Shown here in pieces: positions 18,853-26,607 of a stretch of DNA of 64,000 bases. Below the pieces are notes generated by a model. It saw nothing but the letters and a program-made list of their open reading frames with translations, was not told the origin of the DNA and searched no databases. Position numbers and translations under genes: made by a program. How positions within the stretch are numbered: position 1 is the first letter of the stretch; every line of letters starts with the position of its first letter. The DNA comes from a virus (lineage: Duplodnaviria > Heunggongvirae > Uroviricota > Caudoviricetes): the IMG/VR virus record IMGVR_UViG_3300030294_000676. One strand, 5' to 3'.

Positions 18853-19233
18853 TTATAAATTAAATTTATTTAATTGTCTTACTAGTTCATAATAGTGTCT
18901 TGAATTTTTATCAGGTCTATCATTAACAATTTCTCTTGCTGTTCTAGGTTTATCAGCTTTTGTAAACCTTGAACATTCCCAATCAATAATAGCTTCTTCA
19001 TAATTACAATTCGTTTTATAAAATGTAATATGATGTCTATTAATCTTACGATGTATCATTTTAATTCGATGTGTTCCTATAAAAGGAATGAATAGATACA
19101 TTAACACTTTATCCAAATCATGAAACTTATACTTATAATAACCTAATAACTTCTTTTCAAGTTTTAAAAAAGCTATATAATGTTTCAATGTATATGGAAT
19201 ATGTTTCCAACTTTTAATAATGTTTTTAATCAT
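18853..19233 (-). CDS. hypothetical protein (about 126 aa; start moved to an internal Met to clear tRNA-Thr)
   Basis: ORF 18853..19308 overlaps tRNA-Thr. The internal ATG at 19231-19233 avoids the overlap. Confidence 0.5.
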   Translation of the reverse strand: MIKNIIKSWKHIPYTLKHYIAFLKLEKKLLGYYKYKFHDLDKVLMYLFIPFIGTHRIKMIHRKINRHHITFYKTNCNYEEAIIDWECSRFTKADKPRTAREIVNDRPDKNSRHYYELVRQLNKFNL

Positions 19234-19250
19234 CTCTTTATTTTTAATAG

Positions 19251-19322
19251 AGCCCAAGGTCGGGGTCAAACCGACGACAAATGGTTTACAATACCATTGC
19301 TCTATCACTGAGCTACTCGGGC
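19251..19322 (-). tRNA. tRNA-Thr (anticodon TGT)
   Basis: Anticodon stem ATGGT/ACCAT, loop ATTGTAA, T-arm GTCGG-TTTGACC-CCGAC. Confidence 0.8.
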
Positions 19323-19592
19323 GTGGTGGGAGGGCTCTTTTTTAAGTAGTGCTATCCCATGTTCTACTATCGCAATTTCGGTAATGCGACCCACCAGGAC
19401 ATCTACTCATCGAGCAGCGTCATTTATCCAGCCCATGTTGGAAGTTGACCAAATAATAATAATATTAAAAATGTTACAAAAACAACTCCTAATGCAGCTG
19501 TTATTCTCATTTCATTTTGTTCAGCCCATTCAGTTGCATGTCGTGGTGTTGCAAAGAACGTCCACTTTAGTTTTTTATACAGAGTCATAATT

Positions 19593-19790
19593 TTAATTTA
19601 AAATGTAAGCAATAATTCCAAATATAGCTAATGCTAATGTTAATATTGATGTAAATCTAAGAAATACTGCAATATTATACGTTATTTTATCCTTCTCTTC
19701 TTTAACAGTAGAAAGATCTGCTAAACCTGTAATAAGTAACAATGTTCCAGGTAATGTAAGAATTGAAAGTACTAATAATAATTTATCCAT
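19593..19790 (-). CDS. small membrane protein (65 aa)
   Basis: ORF track. Two hydrophobic helices. Confidence 0.45.
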   Translation of the reverse strand: MDKLLLVLSILTLPGTLLLITGLADLSTVKEEKDKITYNIAVFLRFTSILTLALAIFGIIAYILN

Positions 19791-19808
19791 TTTATTTTGT
19801 TTAGTTTG

Positions 19809-19881
19809 TCACGATGAAGAGATTTGAACTCCTGACCCGTCCTGCATGAAAGGACTACTCTACCAACTGAGCTACATCGTG
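19809..19881 (-). tRNA. tRNA-Met, or tRNA-Ile2 if lysidine-modified (anticodon CAT), elongator type
   Basis: Fully paired acceptor CACGATG/CATCGTG, anticodon stem GTCCT/AGGAC, loop TTCATGC. Confidence 0.75.
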
Positions 19882-19957
19882 TGAAAAGTATTATTGGTGA
19901 ACGCAAGTGCCACTCCTTATTTTTATCTTGCTTATTGTCTAAAGACTAATACTTTAG

Positions 19958-20041
19958 TGGGATGTGGTGGAGTCAAACCACCCGAGTCCGAAGACACCTA
20001 AGTTACAGTCAGGCCCGCTATAAGCTACGGTATAACATCCC
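19958..20041 (-). tRNA. tRNA-Tyr (anticodon GTA), type II
   Basis: Anticodon stem CCTGA/TTAGG, loop CTGTAAC, long variable arm, T-arm GGTGG-TTTGACT-CCACC. Confidence 0.8.
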
Positions 20042-20046
20042 ATTTT

Positions 20047-20991
20047 TCATACATTATGTACAATTATTTGTAAATCAGCAAATTGTGTGATTAACTTCTT
20101 ATGACCATTAATAAAATCTCTAGCTGACATAACCTTTTTATTAGGTAATTGTAATGAAACAATCTGAAGACTACTTTTATTACAATTTATAAAAAGTTTA
20201 TTATTTTCAACACAAATTAATTCTCCATCTAAGAAATCACCTTTAACACGTCCAGTATACATACATGCATCTTTAATTTTAACTTCAGTATTGTTATCTG
20301 GTAAATAAAAGAATACTCCGTGATTCGATTCATATGCCTTCATTTTTGCATATACATCATCAACATTTTTATTAAAATCAAGTAAACAATCATCTTTAGT
20401 TATTTTACAACAATATGTAGCTTCACTTTCTATCTGTGGTCTTAAAATAACTCCACGAGTATATTTAGTGATTGTTAGAAGAATATTTTCAGCAGCTAAG
20501 TTTGATAATTGATCAAGAAGCATAATATATCCCATTCCTACAGGTAGATACATTTTACGTTGAGTAATAATACTTCCAGCATCTACAGCAGCATTCATTT
20601 TAATAAATGTAACTCCTGTTTCAGAATCTCTATTCAAAATAGCAGCTTGAATACAAGAAGCACCTCTATACTTCGGTAATAATGAACCATGAATATTAAT
20701 TGCACCATATTTAGCAGAATCAAGTATTTTCATTTTAATTATTTGTCCATAAGATGCAACAACAATTAAATCAAAATCAGTACTAATTATACGATGTTCA
20801 AGTTCATTAATATCATTAGCAGTATATACTAAACAACCTAAAGCTTTACCAGCAATATAAATAGGTGTATTTTGTACTACTCTACCGAAACGTCGTGGTG
20901 GTGTTGTTATAACTGTAACTTGATAAATTTCATGTAATTTTTTTAATGCTGGAACTCCAAAAATTCCATTACCAATAAATAATATCTTCAT
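20047..20991 (-). CDS. fmt: methionyl-tRNA formyltransferase
   Basis: NIHGSLLPKYRGASCIQ, ETGVTFIKMNAAVDAGSII and the C-terminal VSLQLPNKKVMSARDF align closely with E. coli Fmt (NVHGSLLPRWRGAAPIQ; LSLQPAGKKAMSAQD). 314 aa. Confidence 0.85.
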   Translation of the reverse strand: MKILFIGNGIFGVPALKKLHEIYQVTVITTPPRRFGRVVQNTPIYIAGKALGCLVYTANDINELEHRIISTDFDLIVVASYGQIIKMKILDSAKYGAINIHGSLLPKYRGASCIQAAILNRDSETGVTFIKMNAAVDAGSIITQRKMYLPVGMGYIMLLDQLSNLAAENILLTITKYTRGVILRPQIESEATYCCKITKDDCLLDFNKNVDDVYAKMKAYESNHGVFFYLPDNNTEVKIKDACMYTGRVKGDFLDGELICVENNKLFINCNKSSLQIVSLQLPNKKVMSARDFINGHKKLITQFADLQIIVHNV

Positions 20992-21010
20992 CTGTTTATG
21001 TTTTAATTTG

Positions 21011-21096
21011 CGGAAATGTAGGATTCCAACTCCTATTCGCCTAAACGAACGCTTTGCTTAGCAGGCAAGCCTTACTTCTCGTAAGTTACTATTTCC
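21011..21096 (-). tRNA. tRNA-like, possibly Ser (anticodon GCT) with non-canonical D-arm and T-loop
   Basis: Acceptor pairs with one mismatch. 5-bp D-like hairpin CTTAC-GAGAA-GTAAG. Anticodon loop CTGCTAA on a bulged stem. Variable hairpin. T-stem TAGGA/TCCTA with loop GTTGGAA lacking TTC. Confidence 0.4.
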
Positions 21097-21109
21097 AGTT
21101 TAATTATTG

Positions 21110-21199
21110 TGGAAGAAGTGGGATTCCGACCCACGCACCGCTTTTACACGATCTAACGATTTTCAAGACCGTCCTCTTAAAGCACTTGAGTACTCTTCC
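21110..21199 (-). tRNA. tRNA-Ser (anticodon TGA), type II
   Basis: Acceptor GGAAGAG/TTCTTCC, anticodon loop CTTGAAA, long variable arm, T-arm GTGGG-TCGGAAT-CCCAC. Confidence 0.65.
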
Positions 21200-21206
21200 A
21201 TTTAAT

Positions 21207-21407
21207 TTATTGATTTGATTTTAAATAATTCTCATAAATAAGTTTAGATTCTTCTGTAAGAAAATTCTTATTAATCGGTTTGTGATTTAGATTAAAAGGA
21301 AATAATTTACCACATTCGGTACACCAACTAATTCCCCAATTATTAATTCTAGGAACACATCCTAATTTTACACATTTAGCTGCCATCTTAATTGTTATTT
21401 TCGTCAA
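21207..21407 (-). CDS. zinc-finger-like small protein (66 aa)
   Basis: CVPRINNWGISWCTECGK. Confidence 0.45.
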   Translation of the reverse strand: MTKITIKMAAKCVKLGCVPRINNWGISWCTECGKLFPFNLNHKPINKNFLTEESKLIYENYLKSNQ

Positions 21408-21822
21408 ATATTCCTTTTAAATACCAATAATCTTCACATTTTTTAGAATATGATTTACATTCATTTTCAATATGTCTCCAATTCTTTCTTACAAAAGAAG
21501 TTTCTTCATATTTAAAATAAGTTTTACCATCTATATAACTCTCGGGTTGTAAAAATCTAAATCCTTCAACTTCTATTTCTTTACGTTCAAAATTATATTT
21601 AGGTTTATCAGGAAAAATCGGAGGAGTTATAATCTGATTCCAACTTTTAGCTGAATGTTCTTTACGTCGACCATATTGAAAAGTGTAAGGATTATAATAA
21701 TTCTTACTATTCCATCGTTTGTCATATCTTTCACATACTGAAAGTTGAATCATTGCAGTTTTATGAACATTAGGGCCATTTAATTTAACTCCTATTCTTT
21801 TTAAATAATCTAAACATTTCAT
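21388..21822 (-). CDS. hypothetical protein (144 aa)
   Basis: ORF track. Confidence 0.55.
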   Translation of the reverse strand: MKCLDYLKRIGVKLNGPNVHKTAMIQLSVCERYDKRWNSKNYYNPYTFQYGRRKEHSAKSWNQIITPPIFPDKPKYNFERKEIEVEGFRFLQPESYIDGKTYFKYEETSFVRKNWRHIENECKSYSKKCEDYWYLKGIFDENNN

Positions 21823-21842
21823 TTTATCTATTTTTATATTTG

Positions 21843-21925
21843 TACTCGAGGTCGGACTCGAACCGACACATCTTTCGACATATGCTCCTAAGGCATACGC
21901 GTATTAACCATTTCGCCACTCAAGC
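21843..21925 (-). tRNA. tRNA-Leu (anticodon TAG), type II
   Basis: D-stem GCG/CGC, anticodon stem TATGC/GCATA, loop CTTAGGA, T-arm GTCGG-TTCGAGT-CCGAC. Confidence 0.75.
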
Positions 21926-21930
21926 ATTTG

Positions 21931-22012
21931 CACATCAGGTAGGATTTGAACCCACGAACCTTTCGGATTAGTTTTGGAGACTAACTACTTTAACCGCTTG
22001 TATACTGACATA
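21931..22012 (-). tRNA. atypical tRNA with anticodon CCA (Trp identity: CCA plus G73) but type-II-like architecture (3-bp D-stem, long variable hairpin)
   Basis: Anticodon stem TTAGT/ACTAA, loop CTCCAAA, variable arm TCCGAAAGGTTC, T-arm GTGGG-TTCAAAT-CCTAC, discriminator G. It is the only CCA-anticodon tRNA found in the array. Confidence 0.6.
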
Positions 22013-22017
22013 TTTGC

Positions 22018-22096
22018 TCCCCCAAGGAGGACTCGAACCCACATGTCTCTCGACATATTCCGAAGAATACGCGTCTGCCAATTACGCCATTGGGGA
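22018..22096 (-). ncRNA. tRNA-like RNA with normal acceptor, D-arm and T-arm, but with two tetraloop hairpins (UUCG and GAGA) in place of an anticodon arm
   Basis: TCCCCAA-TG-GCG...CGC, then TATTC-TTCG-GAATA and ATGTC-GAGA-GACAT, then T-arm GTGGG-TTCGAGT-CCTCC and TTGGGGG. Confidence 0.45.
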
Positions 22097-22102
22097 ATTT
22101 AG

Positions 22103-22191
22103 TGGGGGCGGAGGGCTTCGAACCCCCATGTCTCACGACCGCTATGGTCTAACCTATATTTAGCTGCGGCTACCAATTTCGCCACACCCCC
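22103..22191 (-). tRNA. Leu-type (type II) tRNA-like with non-canonical anticodon loop ATATAGG (apparent anticodon ATA)
   Basis: Acceptor GGGGGTG/CGCCCCC, D-arm GCG-AAATTGGTAGC-CGC, 4-bp anticodon stem CTAA/TTAG, T-arm GGGGG-TTCGAAG-CCCTC. Confidence 0.45.
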
Positions 22192-22207
22192 GATTGTTTT
22201 TTTTTTG

Positions 22208-22280
22208 TGATCTGACTGGGATTTGAACCCAGAACCCCCGCCTTAAAAGGGCGATGCTCTACCAGTTGAGCTATCAGATC
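22208..22280 (-). tRNA. tRNA-Lys (anticodon TTT)
   Basis: Acceptor GATCTGA/TCAGATC, anticodon stem TCGCC/GGCGG, loop CTTTTAA, T-arm CTGGG-TTCAAAT-CCCAG. Confidence 0.8.
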
Positions 22281-22288
22281 TTGTAAAT

Positions 22289-22339
22289 AACCACTTGGTT
22301 GTAGCGACACTACCAAGTGGTTTGTTGCCGAAACAACAA
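22289..22339 (-). other. two strong hairpins between tRNA-Lys and tRNA-Phe (possible processing or attenuation element)
   Basis: Perfect 11-bp inverted repeat aaccacttggt / accaagtggtt (22289..22322) and a 6-bp hairpin ttgttg-ccgaaa-caacaa (22322..22339). Confidence 0.4.
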
Positions 22340-22356
22340 CGGTCCTAAACCGTAAG

Positions 22357-22429
22357 TGGACTCTGTTGGTTTTGATCCAACCTCTCATGCTCTTCAGGCA
22401 TACGCTTTCACCAGATTAGCTTAGAGTCC
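22357..22429 (-). tRNA. tRNA-Phe (anticodon GAA)
   Basis: Acceptor GGACTCT/AGAGTCC, anticodon stem TATGC/GCATG, loop CTGAAGA, T-arm GTTGG-ATCAAAA-CCAAC (non-canonical T-loop). Confidence 0.7.
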
Positions 22430-22434
22430 TTAAA

Positions 22435-23214
22435 TTATATTTTATCCCATTCATCATCAGACAAACTATTTATTTCTTTCTTTGAAGAAGGTATATTAAA
22501 ATGTTTACACCATTTTCTAATAGCATTATCTGATCTATTGTATAATTTACCAATATTAATAAATGTTTCTGTGCGAACTAAAGTTTTTAAATATTCACGA
22601 GTTATACCAAGTTCATCGTAAAAATCATTAGCTATTCGTTTAGCAGAACAACTTAAACATAAACCACTTACAGAAGAACTTGTTATAGTATTACCACAAG
22701 AATTACAATATAATGCATCTATAACTTTATCTTTAACATTTTTACCTTTATAATTATCAGTAAAAGCATGACAGTTTGGACATAATAATTTAAGATTATT
22801 TAATTCATTATTAGTTTTAATACCATCTATGTGGTGTGTTTCTAATGGAATAGGTTCTCCCATTCATTTAGTATTATCACAACATTCACATTTATGTTCT
22901 TTTAGATTATTTTTTAATAATTTATCTCTTAACTTACTTGTTTGTGTATATGCTGAATCTTTACAAAAGATTGTATCTAAAGTGTACACATTCTTAGTTT
23001 CATTTGAAGAATTTCTTTTAAAATGAATTGTGCTAATTTGATGTTTTTTTATCTTAGTTTGAATTGTTTCATAATTACCAGCAGTTAAAGGCAACCCATA
23101 ATATCTACACACATCTGCAAAAGAATAACTTTCTTTTACAATTTTTTCTAAATTTTCTTTTGAATATTTGTTTTCCATAAATTGAACTATTATATTAATA
23201 GTACAAAGATACAA
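22435..23214 (-). CDS. HNH homing endonuclease with an in-frame TGA (22864..22866) at a conserved Trp position. Listed as two ORFs in the track
   Basis: ...KEHKCECCDNTK[TGA]MGEPIPLETHHIDGIKTNNELNNLKLLCPNCH.... The CxxC...HH...N...CPNCH motif spans the TGA. Related HNH proteins have ...EW.GKP... at this point. Confidence 0.65.
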
Positions 23215-23261
23215 AAAATTTTCGAAAGTGCAAAATATATTTAGTTAAATATTGTTAATAG

Positions 23262-23290
23262 CAGAAAGAAACCACCGAAGTGGTTTATTC
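23262..23290 (-). terminator. terminator hairpin with cgaa tetraloop overlapping the stop codon of 23285..23821
   Basis: aaaccac-cgaa-gtggttt (23269..23286), followed on the minus strand by CUUUCUGCUAUU. Confidence 0.5.
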
Positions 23291-23821
23291 AAATAATCCT
23301 GAAGGTGTATTATGAAATTTATTATATAAAACATCTAATGTATAGGATTCATTATCTTTATTAACAAATAATAATTCTTCATCAATTATTGTCGGAGTGT
23401 AATTCTCCTTTAATACTTGTAAAAATGATTTAGTTCTTGTTACTGTGCCCCCAAATCTTGGATCATCTCCATAATTAATGATATAAGTTCCTGACGATGG
23501 TGTCATACTAGCAAGAACATCATTATGAACATATTCTGATCTACCATCATGAGTTATTGTTTGACTAAATTCTTCAAGTAAACCTCTAATCATATCATTA
23601 CTGATATTAAATTCATTAGCTCCTGATATTTTATATTTATCCTCATCATTCATAGATTGACTACTCATAGTAATTGTTTGAACTTTTCCAAACAATCTAC
23701 GCATGCTTTCAACAACTCCAAAAAGAGGTCTTGGACCTCGTCCATTTAATGCATCTTCAAACCATTCTAAAGACTGCATTAATACTTTATCACCTACTTT
23801 ATATCGCTCTGTACCTCTCAT
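23285..23821 (-). CDS. paralog family A member 1 (178 aa)
   Basis: Shares N-terminal RYKVGDKVLMQSLEWFED and C-terminal NESYTLDVLYNKF with the next three genes. Confidence 0.6.
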   Translation of the reverse strand: MRGTERYKVGDKVLMQSLEWFEDALNGRGPRPLFGVVESMRRLFGKVQTITMSSQSMNDEDKYKISGANEFNISNDMIRGLLEEFSQTITHDGRSEYVHNDVLASMTPSSGTYIINYGDDPRFGGTVTRTKSFLQVLKENYTPTIIDEELLFVNKDNESYTLDVLYNKFHNTPSGLFE

Positions 23822-24176
23822 ATATTTCTTTTAAACTATATGCATCATTATTATCATTTATAAAATACAATCCACCTTCATCAATAAGTGGTGTATAATT
23901 CTTTTCTACATATTCAGGAAAAGATGAAGCTATTCCTTCAATCATATCATTACTAAAATTCCAATGACGTGGATCATCTACTAAGTGATATAAAGGTATA
24001 TATGCATAACCTGCTTCATTATTTGAAATTACTTGTTCTTTACCAAAAAACTGACGCATATCATAAATTAATCCACCTTCAACAGCTACATGATTTTCCA
24101 TCATTTCATCAAACCAAGCTAATGATTTTAGTCTAACAACATCACCAATTTTATACTTCTTTAAAGAACTCATCAA
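23799..24176 (-). CDS. paralog family A member 2 (125 aa)
   Basis: KYKIGDVVRLKSLAWFDE ... NDAYSLKEIYERY. Confidence 0.6.
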   Translation of the reverse strand: MMSSLKKYKIGDVVRLKSLAWFDEMMENHVAVEGGLIYDMRQFFGKEQVISNNEAGYAYIPLYHLVDDPRHWNFSNDMIEGIASSFPEYVEKNYTPLIDEGGLYFINDNNDAYSLKEIYERYRAI

Positions 24177-24609
24177 ATATTTCTTTTAAAGTAAATGAAT
24201 TATTATCTTTATCAGTAAATGTTAAAGTTTCACCATCAAGAAATGGAGTATAATTCTTTTCAAGATGTTCAGGAAATTTATTTGGAGTAATAACATCCCA
24301 TGAATATTGATCAGGATCAATTATATTTTCATGTCTATGTATTAATTCAGAAGTTTTTATATTATCAATCATTTGATCAGTATACGTATATTCATTATCA
24401 CTACCACCACTGCAACCTGCTAAAACATATCCACAATAATTTGTATCAACATGAGTAATAACTTGAATTGTTCCAAAATAAGGTCTCATATCACTAGCTA
24501 AACCTAATCTAACATCACCTCTATCGTCATGTACATCAAACCAATCTTTAGATTTCAAATGTACACATTGTCCTACTTTATACTTAACTGTTGGTAGTGA
24601 ATCTCTCAT
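24151..24609 (-). CDS. paralog family A member 3 (152 aa)
   Basis: KYKVGQCVHLKSKDWFD ... NNSFTLKEIFDEFF. Confidence 0.6.
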   Translation of the reverse strand: MRDSLPTVKYKVGQCVHLKSKDWFDVHDDRGDVRLGLASDMRPYFGTIQVITHVDTNYCGYVLAGCSGGSDNEYTYTDQMIDNIKTSELIHRHENIIDPDQYSWDVITPNKFPEHLEKNYTPFLDGETLTFTDKDNNSFTLKEIFDEFFKEV

Positions 24610-25153
24610 ATAACTGTGTTAAAGTAAATGAATTATTTTCATTATCTGTATAAGTTACAACTCCATCATAAGCAAATGGAACAAACTTCTCAACATATTG
24701 TATAAATGCTTTAACGTGAATTGAAAGACTGTTTGAAAAACCTAATAATCCACTAAAATCAGTAGTACCTCTCATTCTACCTCTCAATTCTTGTAATGAA
24801 AGTTGTTCATACATACTTAAAGCACTTGACATACTTGAAGTACCTGAAGTTAAACTAGATCCTATGGTATTATACATACTTACTAATCTATCATATCCAT
24901 TAGTTGTAATTGGCATATCATAATACTTATCAACCATATCTATTGAGAAATACCAACCTTTAGAATCACTTTCAATATTAAATAATTCAACACCTCTTAA
25001 TTGAGATCCTCCAATTTTTACAGATTTTATAATATGTTCTTTACCAAAATATTGTTCCATATCATTAGTCAATATTGGCAAGAAATCTGCTTTTTTCTCA
25101 TCATACCATTCTTTAGGTTTTAATAAAACCTTCATTCCTTGTTTTAAAATCAT
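24584..25153 (-). CDS. paralog family A member 4 (189 aa)
   Basis: GMKVLLKPKEWYDE ... NNSFTLTQLYERF. Confidence 0.6.
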   Translation of the reverse strand: MILKQGMKVLLKPKEWYDEKKADFLPILTNDMEQYFGKEHIIKSVKIGGSQLRGVELFNIESDSKGWYFSIDMVDKYYDMPITTNGYDRLVSMYNTIGSSLTSGTSSMSSALSMYEQLSLQELRGRMRGTTDFSGLLGFSNSLSIHVKAFIQYVEKFVPFAYDGVVTYTDNENNSFTLTQLYERFTTNS

Positions 25154-25204
25154 TTTCCATCTTCATTTAACTTGGGTAATCATCCCAATTTTACCTAATT
25201 TATT

Positions 25205-25276
25205 TGTAAGAGCAGAGAGAATTGAACTCCCGACATCTTCCATGTAAGGGAAGCGTTCCACCACTGAACTATGCTC
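25205..25276 (-). tRNA. tRNA-Val (anticodon TAC)
   Basis: Anticodon stem CTTCC/GGAAG, loop CTTACAT, T-arm GGGAG-TTCAATT-CTCTC. Confidence 0.8.
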
Positions 25277-25336
25277 TCGGTTGTATTGTAGACAGTACTA
25301 TCTTGTAGAACCAATACTAATTTTATATCTACTTTG

Positions 25337-25410
25337 TGTTCACAACAGGACTTGAACCTGTGACCCCCAACTTATCAGGCTGGTGCTCTAACCAACTGAG
25401 CTACGCAAAC
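25337..25410 (-). tRNA. tRNA-Ile (anticodon GAT)
   Basis: Anticodon stem CCAGC/GTTGG, loop CTGATAA, T-arm ACAGG-TTCAAGT-CCTGT. Acceptor has G-U pairs. Confidence 0.7.
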
Positions 25411-25502
25411 AGTTAAACAGTAACTATTCTTAGACTTTCGACATCCTTAATAGCTTTCCAATGATAACTAATTGCTGTTTACCAATTAGCTTCTTCGAAG
25501 AG

Positions 25503-25576
25503 TGGAATCTGTGGGTTTCGAACCCACCACCTATTGCTTGCAAAGCAATCGCTCTAGCCAAATGAGCTAAGACCCC
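25503..25576 (-). tRNA. tRNA-Ala (anticodon TGC)
   Basis: Acceptor GGGGTCT/AGATTCC (G3-U70 present), anticodon stem ATTGC/GCAAT, loop TTTGCAA, T-arm GTGGG-TTCGAAA-CCCAC. Confidence 0.8.
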
Positions 25577-25741
25577 GATTTAAAGTTTTTTGTGCCACGG
25601 TGATTGTATGCCAAACTGGTAAAAACTTAATAATACCCATGCGCCAAATACGATGCGCGAGACAAGTATGCATAAACTATCAAACTTTCGTTATTAAGTT
25701 CCTAGGCCTTCTCAATCTACGTTCAGTTGTTCCTACTGGTT

Positions 25742-25957
25742 TTATTTAATTATTTCAAGTTCTTCTGGAGAATAACCATATCTTAATTTAGAAGGTAACC
25801 ATCTAACATTCCATTCATCACCTTCACCATCAGGATATACTAAATCTTCAACTATACCTATACACTTTCCAAATTCATCAACATGATCTTTACAATCATT
25901 TGCAATTAATCCTCTTTTAAAGGATTTAGTCATTTTAACTATATCTCCTGATTTCAT
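25742..25957 (-). CDS. hypothetical protein (about 71 aa; start moved to an internal Met to clear tRNA-Cys)
   Basis: ORF 25742..26032 overlaps tRNA-Cys. Internal Met at 25955-25957. Confidence 0.45.
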   Translation of the reverse strand: MKSGDIVKMTKSFKRGLIANDCKDHVDEFGKCIGIVEDLVYPDGEGDEWNVRWLPSKLRYGYSPEELEIIK

Positions 25958-25973
25958 AATTTTATTTATTTTG

Positions 25974-26046
25974 AGCCCATACCAAGATTCGAACTTGGGC
26001 GTGCGATTTTTGCAGAATCGAATGTTAACCACTTCACCATACGGGC
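25974..26046 (-). tRNA. tRNA-Cys (anticodon GCA)
   Basis: Anticodon stem CGATT/AATCG, loop CTGCAAA, T-arm CCAAG-TTCGAAT-CTTGG. Confidence 0.75.
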
Positions 26047-26526
26047 TTATCTATTATTAATAATATTACTAATGGTTCCTTTACTACTAATATTATATTT
26101 TTCCATAATTTCTTTATAAGTATGCCCTAAATTTCGGTATGCTTTAATTTCTAAAACTAATTCATCAGAATATTTTTTATTAGCATTAGATGCAATTCTA
26201 ATTCTTTCTTCTTTAGGTTTATCCATCATATTATCACTATATGATCCAATTTCAATATTATCCCAAGAATTATTTAATCCGTTACCATCTAAATGTCTAA
26301 CTACTATATCTTCGTTAAAAATAATTTCTCCAAATTTTTGATATGCTTGTAATCTATGTACTTTAACTGGAATATGTTTTTCATTTAATCTAATATTAAA
26401 TTTTTTATAATTTTTATTATAAATAGTTCCTGTTAAAATTTTTTCTTTAGGATTTAAAATATCACCATTTATAGTTATTTTATATCCTTTTTCAATTGCT
26501 AATAATTCATTTTTACTTCTTTCCAT
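26047..26526 (-). CDS. HNH homing endonuclease (about 159 aa; start moved to an internal Met)
   Basis: VVRHLDGNGLNNSWDNIEIGSYSDN (HNH), with a C-terminal DNA-binding-like tail. It abuts the tRNA-like element at 26531. Confidence 0.65.
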   Translation of the reverse strand: MERSKNELLAIEKGYKITINGDILNPKEKILTGTIYNKNYKKFNIRLNEKHIPVKVHRLQAYQKFGEIIFNEDIVVRHLDGNGLNNSWDNIEIGSYSDNMMDKPKEERIRIASNANKKYSDELVLEIKAYRNLGHTYKEIMEKYNISSKGTISNIINNR

Positions 26527-26530
26527 ATTG

Positions 26531-26607
26531 TACCTACTCCTGGGATTGAACCAGGCTGTCACCAAATAACCTTTCAACAAGATATAAGCTTGAGGGTATA
26601 AGTAGGC
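26531..26607 (-). ncRNA. aberrant tRNA-like (76 nt). Good acceptor and T-arm, but no canonical D-arm; internal hairpin CAAG-CTTATAT-CTTG
   Basis: GCCTACT...AGTAGGT acceptor, T-arm CCTGG-TTCAATC-CCAGG. The middle does not fold as a cloverleaf. Confidence 0.4.

Noticed and set aside
23285-25153. Tandem paralog arrays as a CRISPR array or other DNA repeat
   Set aside because: The repetition is at the protein level with diverged nucleotide sequence. There are no short identical direct repeats with uniform spacers. No CRISPR array was seen anywhere in the window.
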